Source: Haliotis rubra | Lineage: Eukaryota | NCBI RefSeq assembly: GCF_003918875.1 | Contig: NW_025765448.1 | Coordinates: 558,001-622,000, forward strand | Direction: 5' to 3' | Length of the DNA: 64,000 nucleotides | In this document: piece after piece, positions 1 to 11,810 of the stretch | Position numbering within the stretch: the stretch's first letter is position 1 | Layout of the letters: each line of letters opens with the position of its first letter | The notes under the pieces: model-generated | Databases searched by the model: none | The model's input: the letters and a program-made list of their open reading frames with translations, nothing else | Told to the model about the DNA's origin: nothing | Translations under genes and position numbers: made by a program

Positions 1-1655
1 AAAGGATGGTTTCCTAGTGTTAGAAGGCACTTATCTGGGTTTGTTAGGGCTTAAACAAATGCAGCTGAACATGCGTGACCATTGTCTGTCTGCTGAAATA
101 AACTGGAACCATTCAGATTCCACACTGTTGACAACTTCTTACTTGCTTGATGATTGTATCAAATTCAGGGGAAAAAAGAGGGTTTCAAGTTGCTTGTAAA
201 GAAACTCTGTCTTATGATGATTATGAAACGGAGCATGCTACATTTATATAAGAAAATGCATTCTGTCAAGGAATTGGTAAGAAACGTCTTGAGATGATCT
301 TTGATGGTATTGTGATCTGTTTGTTGAACACGGAGTAACTGTTGAGCTGAAGGATCTAATGTTTTGTCAGTATCGGGCACATTTAAGAATAGGTTCTCAA
401 ATACACTAAAAGCCTTTATAACGAGTGTCATACTAAGGGCTTACATCCGCAGGGTTATGGATTTCCTGAAAACCGCACGTGCGGTTAGTCTGCGATTAAC
501 AATAGCTGGGAAAGATAAGGGTTTTGGTATTGATTAAAAGAGAGCTTTTAATATTGATAAAGAGTTTCTTCAGAGATGATGGACCATAGATAGTTTTGGT
601 CGCATCCGACACCTTATCTTGGACTTCAGGATGGACAACTCAGCCAATCAAACACACCTTACATGATAGCGGTATGTCAACACTGAAGTCACAAAAATAC
701 ATGGAATTTGAATGCCTGAAAGATACGCGATTGATACGATGATTGTTTTCATGACGGCCTTGCCCTTTGTCTGGCTCTCCTTTCGTAAGCCCAGAGCTTC
801 TGATGTCCATGTTCAAATTAAAAATAATACTTGCAATTGATTCGGCACGCGAGCGACAGGATATGACGTAAATAGCTAGCGTTAAAACATTGACACTCTC
901 AAAGAAGGAAGTTTTCAGGCAGGAACAGAAAACCATTTGAAAAAATGTCTTTGAAAACCATTTGACATGTTAACGGAGATTTGAGTGGAGATGACTTGTT
1001 GCAGAATAACACTGTCGACACTTTGGGGTTGAAAAGCGCTTTTCCACAACCTTGACCTCTTTGTACTTGAATTAGCTTCATTTGGGCTGAAGGGACATCT
1101 TTCCATTCTGACACAGTGTGAGACCATGACACATTCAAATCAACTTCACGTTATTGATTTTTTGGCTATTGAAACTTTTGGGTGAAAAAGAGAAGAAAAA
1201 AAACTATCGCCAGTATAAAACTCAGAATGAGGATGCTTCCAGAAGTCAGGATCGGAATGAATTTTCTCAGCATGCTTTCATGATGTGATGGCAGCCTTGG
1301 AACTTGTTATTTTTCGTAACAGATCTCATCTGTGTTATCCAATAGACATGGTCAGCTTTTATCCAGCTCCTCGGTGGTCAGTGTCATCAGTGGTATAACA
1401 TGTTATATTCAAGGTAGAACAACAAAGGCATTTGTCCCAGGAAAGACATATCATTACCCAGAAGCAGATAAATTCTATTAACCAGGTTGTCATTAAAATT
1501 TCATATCTAAGACATTATGTGAATGTCAACTATTTCAATATTTTAATGAAATCAGGAATGACCCACCAAATTATAAGTAATCTTATAAATCAAGATGTGT
1601 TTTAAGAGTGATACCATTAGTTGAATATAACTGGTATCCAACATGTGGTTTCAGA

Positions 1656-1817
1656 GTGAGTGAGTTGGCTTTTACGCCGCTTTTAGCAGTATTCCAGCAA
1701 TATCACGGCAGAGGACACCAGAAATGGGCTTCACACAATGTACCCATGTGGTGAATCGAACCCGGACCTTCGGCTTGAGGAGCGAACGCTTTAACTGCTA
1801 GGCTACCCCACTGCCCC
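1656..1817 (-). mobile_element. tRNA-derived SINE family A, full length
   Basis: A-box (tagcctagcagttaaag) and B-box (ggttcgattc) on the minus strand, (actc)n tail, and 12-bp TSD tgtggtttcaga at 1644-1655 and 1818-1829. Confidence 0.9.
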
Positions 1818-2724
1818 TGTGGTTTCAGAAAAGTAACTCAAGTTTTGTGGAAAACAAGTCATTCTTCCTTTGCCACATCTTCAAGCTCAGGAGCCCAGCT
1901 TTTATACCTGTTTTGTCTGTGTGACACTGTTAACAATTGAGTATAAATACAATTGAGAGGTTGGGATTTTTTCAAATTATTTTATCAAAAACAGATTAAA
2001 AAACTGATGTAGTACAGAAACAGTTGGGAGGTTGGGAGTTTTTCATATTTTTGGATTAAAAAAAAAATTAGATTATTAAAAGTATGTAATTGTCACACTA
2101 AAGGACCACCACCACAGCAAGACACAGAAACTCCTCCCTCCTATTACAGCTTTTCTATAAGTTCTCCAACACCCTAGTGGCTGAGCTCCCCCTCAAATAC
2201 CCCTGTGTCTGAGCTCCCCTATATTGTAAATTACAAGGAACAGATACATTGTAGAGTTGCTGGAATGCAATCGCGATTTGTTTCCATCTTAGTACAAGTT
2301 ACTCGGCAATTAAGGAATTTGGGCAATAAAACCTTTTTTTACTATTTTATTTTAATGCATATTTCCTTTGTGTTGAAATATATTCCCTGTTCCATGATTA
2401 ATCAGCTTGTCTTGGTAAACAGGTCGTAGCCCAGAACAGCTTTGTTATTGGTGCTGTGATCATATGAGTGTGCTTTTAACTTAGGCAACTATCATCTGAG
2501 GCTTTGCATTTGATTCTGGCTTTTAAGAGATTGACCTGCCTTTGTGGTCTAGTGGGTAGTGCACCTGCCTTGAAAGCAGAAGGTTGGGGGTTAGTTCCCT
2601 GGCTGTGTCACCCCAAAGAGGTTAAACAATTTTACTTCTTGTTTCTCTCAGCATTTTGGTTATAAAACAAAGACTGGTCTGCTCAGAGCAGGTATACTTT
2701 GCCTGAGTGGGGTATCCATTTTAA

Positions 2725-3132
2725 GTGAGGGAGTGAGTTTAGCTTTAAGCCCTTATCAGCAATATTCCAGAAATATCACAGTAGGGGACCTGACAAATGG
2801 GCTTCACACTTGTACCCATGTGGGGAATCAATCAGTCTTTATTTGCACTAAGGAGGCCACAGGCCTATAGTACATGTATACAGACACCATTATTAATAAG
2901 CAGTAGAGAGTACATTTTTTTCTCTGTAGAAAGGCATGATACAGAAACATTGACAATTGTTCTAGATGTTTCTTGCTAGAATAGGTTAATAGAGATATAA
3001 ATGTGTTAATATTATGATGTACAAAGTAATATTTCTAAATATACTAATTTTTCAAATGGGGATGTGTGCAATTGAACCCGGACCTTCAGCGTGATGAGCG
3101 AACGCTTTAAGCACTAGGCTACCCCACCACCT
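2725..3132 (-). mobile_element. SINE family A, split by an internal LINE fragment
   Basis: 3' part at 2725-2827 and 5' part at 3070-3132. TSD tatccatttt at 2713-2722 and 3134-3143. Confidence 0.85.
2826..3069 (-). mobile_element. 5'-truncated non-LTR retrotransposon 3' end (RTE-X-like ORF2 C-terminus plus 3' UTR)
   Basis: Minus strand reads KYYFVHHNINTFISLLTYSSKKHLEQLSMFLYHAFLQRK, then ggcctgtggcc hairpin, aataaa and a (gatt)n-like tail. Clade assignment is from memory of the motif. Confidence 0.6.
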
Positions 3133-4776
3133 ATATCCATTTTGAACTGTAGCATGGTATCTCAGTACACAAGCACTGGAACGCTTTCAGTTGAGTTGTA
3201 CACACATATGCATGTATGTTGTTAAGTACAGGCAGTAATCTGTAACACAATTTAGTTCCCACTTCAGCTCACTATAACCAATTGCAGTGGGTGTGGTACT
3301 GTATAAACTGCTTCATGCTTCATTGTATGTTGACTATGTCAAGCTGAGATACTTTTCAACGTGGTCCCATTACTCAAGATGAGAGTGATTTCTGTTAAGA
3401 TTTATTTAAATATATTTGTTGAAAGTTATTAAATATTCATATGTTTCTCAAAGAGTTAAATTTAGCAAAGTTTTATTGTTTTTTACTTGATTGATGAATA
3501 ATTTAGGGATAATTTGGTGAAAGAGTGAGTGGTTTAACTTTGATTTTGACATGAGGAATGGATCCCTGATTTGGAGATATTATGTGTGCAAAAAATACCC
3601 AAGTGAACTGACCAAGGTTACATTTAATAAGTAAGGTGTCTGAAAAAAATTGTTGTGTGCTCTCTTTACACATAGACAGACAGACACATACACCAATAAT
3701 CTCTCTCTTGCACGTACACACGCTCGCCATGCTCTCACTCACTCACTCACTCGCACTCACAGAGCAGAGCACCCCTCCCCTCTGGGTCTGCCAGTGGATC
3801 TCTGTTCATTTAGATCATGGTGTAATCTATTAAGAGAACTTTCTTCGTGCTATAATTTGATATACAATACAGATGATGACCATAGCATGTCTGTTCTTTA
3901 GTGAATGATGCCAGAACCTTTGAAGTGAACAGCAAGAATTTATTATATTCAGCAGCACAAGTAATCCAGAAAACTTGATTATACAGTTACGACAGAAGCC
4001 TCCTGTCACAGACAGATAATCCGAAATTGCTTTTCAAAAATTCCATGTGTAATGAATTCACAGTCATACTAATGTCAACACATTACACTGTCTGAAACCA
4101 GATGGTCTCCGGCTTGTAGCAAGGGCGGACTAAATCGACTGAGTCTGTGCCCAGAATTACACCCGACCGGATCATTCATCTATCTTCTAGAGTCACTGGC
4201 CTCAGCAGACACTTGAAGGTTAATGTGTTGTCATTGAATCACAGGCTGGCCTTCATACCCTAGTGATGAGTTTAGACTCCAATTGTAGGACTTCCATTCA
4301 CTGATGTCGATATTTTGGTCTGTTGCGTCCATTACCAAAGCATCTGATTTATAAGTCCATCTTGCCTATTGATAGGCTTGAATTTAAGGAGAGTAGATTG
4401 ACCACTTCATATTTCTATAATCATCTGTCATTGATGGGGAAATAGTTTTTCAAGTTTATGGCAATTCAAAGAACACTACATTGGTCAGGAATCAGAACAG
4501 TGGAGTATGTGTGTGAGGGAATATTAGACCACCATGATGCATATGAAATCTTTTACACAATAAATGTTTTTCTTAAAACAGATTTAGGAATTTAATGCAG
4601 AATATGCTTTTTGACTGGCTGTCTTGCCAGTTACGATGACACTGGAGAAGGTAGTGTTTAGGGAATTATAGTTTTTTATCTCCCTGCTTCATGTGGTACC
4701 TTTATCTCAATATAAGGGTTGACTTTCAAGGTCATTTCCTGGAATGAAGCAGCATTTAATCACTCTCATTCACAGC

Positions 4777-4898
4777 GGCGGTGGTGGTAGTAACCTCGTG
4801 GTTAAAGCAGTATGATTTCCTGCATGGGTACTGTGTATGTGTTTCTGGTGTCCACAGTCACAATACTGGAAGAGTGGTCTAAAACCTCACTCACTCAC
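4777..4898 (+). mobile_element. Degenerate SINE family A
   Basis: gtggttaaagc...tttctggtgtcc...ctcactcactcac. Confidence 0.7.
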
Positions 4899-6080
4899 TG
4901 ACGTTCACAGATTTGCCCTAATGATCACTGTTACCATGTTTGTGGATGAATGTCTGTAACCTGTGTCACTACGAACACAGTCGCCTTTTCTTCTACTATG
5001 ATCAGCTCCGGAGTCCTCTCAAGGTCAACCAAAATTGTTTCTCAATTATCGCGTCAATGAGAAAGATGACATCATTATGACTTAAACTCACAGCATGGCA
5101 TTTCATTGCAAAAAATCTTCTGATTATAACTTCGAAATTAATGTAACATTTTGAAGCTGCAAGGCCTTCATATCCTTATCACCCGGTCCAGACACTTGAC
5201 GAGGTTGAGGTATGATGCTGGAGAGTTGTTGAGAGTATTTCCACATGTGTTTTTTCATATCAGCTTCCTTTATGCATTATCGGAAGAGATCAAGCAAAGG
5301 GTCAGATGTCATCTTTGCTATCTTCATCCATGGATTTAATTCATACTGAAAGGGTCATGCTGGAATCTTTTAATAAGCTGCTTGTAGAAGAGTGAATGAG
5401 TGAGGGAGAGAGGGACAGCTGATGGTGGATGTGATTTAGCTACATTGCCCTGATAGGGCTGCTTGTTAGTTTGTATCACAGTCCAGGAACCACATTATTT
5501 TCAACAACTGCAAAGCCCTAAAGGAAGCAAGTGTAGATTTCCTCTGAATTTCCCATCACACTGGGTCACCTTTTCAATTTTAATTGGATTATTTGTAAAT
5601 ATATAAATTATATGTATTGAAAGTCATGGCTGTAGAATGACACAGTAGTACAAGTTTCACAAATATTGAAGGGCAGATAATAAATATAAGCAACAAGACT
5701 CCTGTCATCAGGAAATCTTCTCTGAGAATTGGTGTCCATTGTAAGAATCTGATAGCCTCTTAGCACACATAGTGTATACTGCATTGATTTTCTAACCAGT
5801 CGTCCCGTATAATTACATTCCAGGTAGGTTGAGAGGATAAACAATGGGTTTTTAAAAAAACTATCTCACAGAAAGTAACACAGTGAGAGGCATGTATAAG
5901 GTTCATGTATTGAAATGTTGAAAGAATTTATGTAAAATAGATTAAAAGATTTTTAACATTGCAACGTTCCCTATCAAATTGCTATTTATCTGTCACAGTG
6001 AACAGTTTGAAAGATAGGGATGTAATGGCATGTGTTGGTAGCTATGCAGGGTTGGTATGAGGCCTAAGACCACACCAAAT

Positions 6081-6330
6081 CTCCATCACCTGGTACCCAG
6101 CACAGAATACCTGGCTGGGCATTGACAGGGTCCTCATGCCTGTTGTGATTGGATTGTCTGGATGGGTGTGTGGTTAGGAGGGTGGGTAGAGGTCCATCAC
6201 CAGGTTCCTATCACAGACTCCATGGCTGGATATTGACAGGGTCCTCATTCCAGTTGTGATTAAATTGTTTGTTGTGGGAAGGGTGGGTAGAGCTCCATCA
6301 CCAGGAGCCTAGCACAGACTACCTGGCTGA
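6081..6330. repeat. Diverged ~100-112-bp tandem duplication (about 2.4 copies)
   Basis: tccatcacc...ggctg...attgacagggtcctcat recurs near 6081, 6193 and 6293. Confidence 0.7.
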
Positions 6331-6836
6331 ACACTGGACTGGTCTTTTCTGATAGGATGATATTACAGATGAAATATATTGATATCCTGTAAAGGCTTAC
6401 AAATACATTTCCACTGGTAACTGTTATAATGTGAACATACAATGGCAGAGTGGTAAATATGGATGAAAAAATGTTTCTGGCAAGTGACTGAATTTTGTCC
6501 TTGATGCTTGACTGTATCATGATGGAACACAGATGGAGACTCCCTTCCATTGATAACAGAGTGAATGAGCTCACTTTTTGTACAAGTTTGGAGGCTTGGA
6601 ACATTGGTACTGGATTTATTTAAAGAAGGCCACAGTTTCATTTTGATTGGCTGGTTTGCAGTTGAATCTTTTTGGTAAATGTGAAATAAAAAAAATATTT
6701 CCCATTTAAACTGAATTAAGATGTTTCCAGGGATCTGGAGTTGGGATCTGGATGAATTTCTCCATGTTTTCAAGATTGATGGCAACCTTGGAACATATTC
6801 TTCTGGGAGTTACTACTGATATGATTTATTGGATAT

Positions 6837-8965
6837 GGCCGACTTATAACCTGCCTGTGGAAGGGACGTTTTATTCCCTCAGTCATTCCTTTATCAATGG
6901 TATAACATGTGTAGGACAACAGTTTCCTTTATCAATGGTATAACATGTGTAGGACAACAGTTTCCTTTATCAATGGTATAACACGTGTAGGACAACAGTT
7001 TCCTTTATCAATGGTATAACATGTGTAGGACAACAGTTTCCTTTATCAATGGTATAACACGTGTAGGACAACAGTTTCCTTTATCAATGGTATAACATCA
7101 ATGGTATAACATGTGTAGGACAACAGTTTCCTTTATCAATGGTATAACACGTGTAGGACAACAGTTTCCTTTATCAATGGTATAACACGTAGGACAACAG
7201 TTTCCTTTATCAATGGTATAACATGTGTAGGACAACAGTTTCCTTTATCAATGGTATAACACGTGTAGGACAACAGTTTCCTTTATCAATGGTATAACAT
7301 GTGTAGGACAACAGTTTCCTTTATCAATGGTATAACACGTGTAGGACAACAGTTTTATCAATTTATCAATGGTATAACACGTGTAGGACAACAGTTTCCT
7401 TTATCAATGGTATAACACGTGTAGGACAACAGTTTCCTTTATCAATGGTATAACACGCAACAGTTTCCTTTATCAATGGTATAACAGTTTCCTTTATCAA
7501 TGGTATAACACGTGTAGGACAACAGTTTCCTTTATCAATGGTATAACATGTGTAGGACAACAGTTTCCTTTATCAATGGTATAACACGTGTAGGACAACA
7601 GTTTCCTTTATCAATGGTATAACATTTCCTTTATCAATGGTATAACACGTGTAGGACAACAGTTTCCTTTATCAATGGTATAACATGTGGACAACAGTTT
7701 CCTTTATCAATGGTATAACAGTTTTCCTTTATCAATGGTATAACATGTAGGACAACAGTTTCCTTTATCAATGGTATAACACGTGTAGGACAACAGTTTC
7801 CTTTATCAATGGTATAACTGCGTTGTAGGACAACAGTTTCCTTTATCAATGGTATAACATGTGTAGGACAACAGTTTCCTTTATCAATGGTATAACATGT
7901 GTAGGACAACAGTTTCCTTTATCAATGGTATAACACGTGTAGGACAACAGTTTCCTTTATCAATGGTATAACACGTGTAGGACAACAGTATTTAAATGGT
8001 ATAACATGTGTAGGACAACAGTTTCCTTTATCAATGGTATAACACGTGTAGGACAACAGTTTCCTTTATCAATGGTATAACACGTGTAGGACAACAGTTT
8101 CCTTTATCAATGGTATAACATGTGTAGGACAACAGTTTCCTTTATCAATGGTATAACATGTAGGACAACAGTTTCCTTTATCAATGGTATAACATGTGTA
8201 GGACAACAGTTTCCTTTATCAATGGTATAACACGTGTAGGACAACAGTTTCCTTTATCAATGGTATAACATGTGTAGGACAACAGTTTCCTTTATCAATG
8301 GTATAACAACACATCAATGGTATAACATGTATCAATGGTATAACATGTGTGGGACAACAGTTTCCTTTATCAATGGTATAACATGTGTAGGACAACAGTT
8401 TCTTTATCAATGGTATAACATGTAGACAACAGTTTCCTTTATCAATGGTATAACATGTGTAGGACAACAGTTTCCTTTATCAATGGTATAACATGTGTAG
8501 GACAACAGTTTCCTTTATCAATGGTATAACATGTGTAGGACAACAGTTTCCTTTATCAATGGTATAACACGTGTAGGACAACAGTTTCCTTTATCAATGG
8601 TATAACACGTGTAGGACAACAGTTTCCTTTATCAATGGTATAACAAGTGTAGGACAACAGTTTCCTTTATCAATGGTATAACACGTGTAGGACAACAGTT
8701 TCCTTTATCAATGGTATAACATGTGTAGGACAACAGTTTCCTTTATCAATGGTATAACACGTGTAGGACAACAGTTTCCTTTATCAATGGTATAACACGT
8801 GGAGGACAACAGTTTCCTTTATCAATGGTATAACACGTGTAGGACAACAGTTTCCTTTATCAATGGTTTTACAACAGTATCAATGGTATAACACGTGTAG
8901 GACAACAGTGTACGTATATAATTTTATATGAAAACATCGTAAACAGTCTGAATTATAAGTTGGCA
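6837..8965. mobile_element. TIR (MITE-like) element enclosing the 38-bp array
   Basis: Left end gccgacttataa...gacgtttt. Right end aaaacatc...ttataagttggc, whose reverse complement is gccaacttataa...gatgtttt. Confidence 0.55.
6886..8909. repeat. 38-bp minisatellite, about 53 unit-lengths (tttcctttatcaatggtataacaYgtgtaggacaacag)
   Basis: Direct reading. Near-identical units with a C/T polymorphism and scattered deletions. Confidence 0.98.
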
Positions 8966-9729
8966 CAGGAACAGGATTTGGTTTCCCTGATAATTTGAAC
9001 TCATCATAACAATTTGCAATTTGAGAAGTTGAATTAAAGTGTGAGCTAAACTGACAACTTGTCTGTGTGGTTAGCCTTGTGGTTAAGGTGTTTGCTTTTT
9101 GTGCCAGGTTTGATCCCCTAGTTTGGCAAATTGTGTTTGACTAAAACAGGACAGTTTCAGGAAGCCAACATACAAGCTAACTGGTCTCCATTTACGGGTG
9201 CAAATCACTGGCAGTGCCAACAGGTATCATAATCAGCTCCATCAAACACAAGGCATGCCAGACCAAATTTCAAAGAATAATCCTATTCAAGCTCTGGTCC
9301 TTGGTTTCTGCTTCATCAGATCCTCAGCCTAGCCACCTGAAGTTTTCTATCTGCGAGTGTTGTGTTATCTGCCCTGTGAGACCATTGTTTATATAGCTAT
9401 GATACCAGCTATCTGGGCGTCTTAGTGGTATTGTTGACTGATAAATATCAAACACTAGTAAACTTGACCTGCTTACTGTGTCAGATATGCCCATGAAGAT
9501 CCGCTCTTTGGGAGGAGTGGAGGAAACAAAGATTGCAACAGGATGAGTTGTTTGATCACAGTATTAGTTCTGTATAGGAATTACCAGGGAATAGAAATTG
9601 GGCTTGCTTACAAGAGCAAGCGAAAGGGGTTTTATACCATTGTTGAGCAATGTAATACATGATCTGGAACTTCATTTCTGTGGGATACAGGACAGGCTTC
9701 TTGTAACTGTGCTTACTGTCAGAGGAATC

Positions 9730-9966
9730 TTATGTGTGTTTACTTTTACACTGCACTCAGCAATATTCCAGCTCTATGGCGGCAGTCTGCAAAATAATCA
9801 AGTCTGGACCAGACAATCCAGTGATCAATAGCATGAGCATCGATCTAATCAATGTGGGATACGATGACATGTGAAGCAAGTCAGCGAGCCAGACCACCCA
9901 ATCCCATTTGTCTCATGACAAGCATGGGTTACTGAAGATCAATTCTAACCCCGGATCTTCACGGGT
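9730..9966 (-). mobile_element. SINE family B (Nin/Deu-domain-like, no tRNA head)
   Basis: Reverse complement of acccgtgaagatcc...cccatgcttgtc...cactggattgtctggtccagac...gctggaatattgctgagtgc. Confidence 0.85.
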
Positions 9967-10074
9967 AAGGAATCAAATGAGGATTGTGTGGTCACTATTA
10001 TGTGATTAGATAGCGCTCATGCCGCCAACCACCTGTCTGACTGACCAAAATATGACTTGACTGTTGGTGTCCTC

Positions 10075-10196
10075 AGATCGATGCTTATGCTGTTGATCAC
10101 TGGATTGTCTGGTCCAGACTTGATTATTTACAGACCACCGCCATATAGCTGGAATATTGCTGAGTGCGGCATAAAACTAAACTCACTCACTCACTC
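10075..10196 (+). mobile_element. 5'-truncated SINE family B with (actc)n tail
   Basis: gatcactggattgtctggtccagac...gctggaatattgctgagtgcggcataaaactaaactcactcactcactc. Confidence 0.85.
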
Positions 10197-10808
10197 CAAG
10201 TTGACTTCATGTCCCGATGGTTAAGTGGTTAATCGTTTGTGTAACAGTAAAGATTTACTGCTATTCCTTACACAATACGACAGTCTGTATGAATGATCTT
10301 GGATGTTGTGGGCTTTGACTGAAACGTAATGTTACTATTAATGCAGGTTGATGAGTCACACAAGGAACATGTCCGGCTGAAAATACTTGGCTACAGATAC
10401 GATCACATTATGGTATTAGATGTAAAAACAGTAACATGCTTTGTGCTGGGGGTCACATTTTGACAGGGATGAATCAACCTTGCATGTGTAGTGCTGTAGG
10501 GATTACCCACCTATCACACGTGACTGGATTCTGATAACTAGATAAGGGAACTTTTGTTTTGTAGTGATATCATTATGTCTGCTGGAATGAAATCAATGAG
10601 GAATATATTGATAGATACCGTATATGATAAGATCAGTTTCTTCAGCTTGAATGCACACCGTTTACCGTATAATATATATTTAAGTTGATGTGGTTTAAGA
10701 AACTGAAGGGGACTTACTTTAGCAAAGCAGTTTCAAACCTGACGAATGAGGACAATGAAATTAGAATCTATGTTGAAACATTGCCTATACAGAATAAAGA
10801 AATTATAT

Positions 10809-11095
10809 ATCCATAAAATTTGTCTCATTCTTCATCTCCTCAACTTCTAGAATGCTAACCAAAGAACTTCTTCGAGAGGCATTTTGAGAGGCATTTTAGA
10901 AGTTGTATAGATGAAGGAAAACCAAATTCTATGGATGGTCAACTTCTTTATTGCAATGAGTGCGACGTTTCGGTGTAGGTACTGACACCGTTATCAAGCA
11001 AGTGAATGTAGGTACTAACACCGTTATCAAGCAAGCGCAATAAAGAAGTTGACTATCCATAGAACTTGGCTTTCCTTCAGCTAATCAAAGAAGTT
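10809..11095. mobile_element. Penelope-like element terminal-repeat relic (nested inverted pseudo-LTR arms)
   Basis: 10912-10954 is an inverted repeat of 11037-11079, and 10809-10856 of 10891-10936. Contains aataaa and a hammerhead motif. Confidence 0.7.
10961..11000 (-). ncRNA. Minimal type I hammerhead ribozyme motif (U3-A8 variant core)
   Basis: Minus strand: ugc UUGAUAA c GGUGU caguaccu ACACC GAAAC GUC gca. Stem I ugc/gca, stem II 5 bp, palindromic ACGU stem III, GUC cleavage triplet. Confidence 0.65.
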
Positions 11096-11392
11096 TCAAA
11101 ACTGTCAAACAAATTGAAGAAGTGTATAGTTTTTAGACACTTTAGACAATCATTCTTGTTATTCAACATTGAAGTCACAGTAAGCTGATGCGGTCATTGT
11201 TGTCTTTCTTGACAATGTTTCCAGAGGGTGATGGGGAAGCCTCATGGCTAATGTGGTGTCTTGTCTCATCAATGACTCAGGTTCTATTCCTTAAATGGGT
11301 ACAAATGAGCCCTTACTCATCCACTTCTATGGATCCAGGTAATTTTGATAACACTAACAAGCTCCAACAGTCACAGATCTGCCCCTGGACAG

Positions 11393-11810
11393 TAGTGGTG
11401 GTCCGATTAATTGAAAGAATCGAAGATTGGTCGCAGTCACTAAACGACCAAGCAATCGATCATGTTTTCTCATAATCGAACACAAACTATTCTGGAACAC
11501 TTGTTTTCATTAACAATATTTTTCACAAGGTTGGTTTTGTCTGTTACATTTCATAAGCACTACAAGCTCGTTTCAAGTCATGATTGAATTTATCTTAAAG
11601 ACTCCAGGAAATTTATGTTCCTAACATACTAGTCATCCTTTAAAGATGTGAAATTTTGCCCTAAAAACCCCCAAAGAACTACATGGTTTTTCCTTATTTT
11701 TATGTGCATTAACAAATTTCATGAATGACACTAACCAATTTTTTTCAATGATTGATCGTTTGTAATGAACCAATCATCAATTATGAGATTTTAACCAATT
11801 CCCAGCACTA
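11393..11810. mobile_element. Non-autonomous hAT-type DNA transposon
   Basis: Ends tagtggtgg / cccagcacta, with exact 8-bp TSD ctggacag at 11385-11392 and 11811-11818. Confidence 0.8.

Larger units (their letters stand above)
2534..3230 (+). mobile_element. Old tRNA-headed SINE with Meta/MESC-like core, interrupted by nested insertions
   Basis: tRNA-like head (tggtctagtgggtag...ggttagttccc), then aaagactggtctgctcag...gcctgagtggggtat, resuming after 3143. Family name is from recalled mollusc SINE consensus. Confidence 0.55.

Noticed and set aside
165-1138. Several 60-100-aa ORFs in a slightly CpG-richer stretch, possibly a decayed transposon gene
   Set aside because: No recognisable domain in the frames I translated. 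A blastx would be needed.
6886-8909. CRISPR-like array or repetitive protein ORFs (CYTIDKGNCCPT...)
   Set aside because: Units are contiguous with no unique spacers and no cas genes, in a eukaryotic intron. The ORFs are artefacts of the 38-bp repeat.
9305-9319. Minus-strand CTGATGA...GAAA resembling a canonical hammerhead core
   Set aside because: Only 4 nt lie between the boxes, so stem II cannot form.
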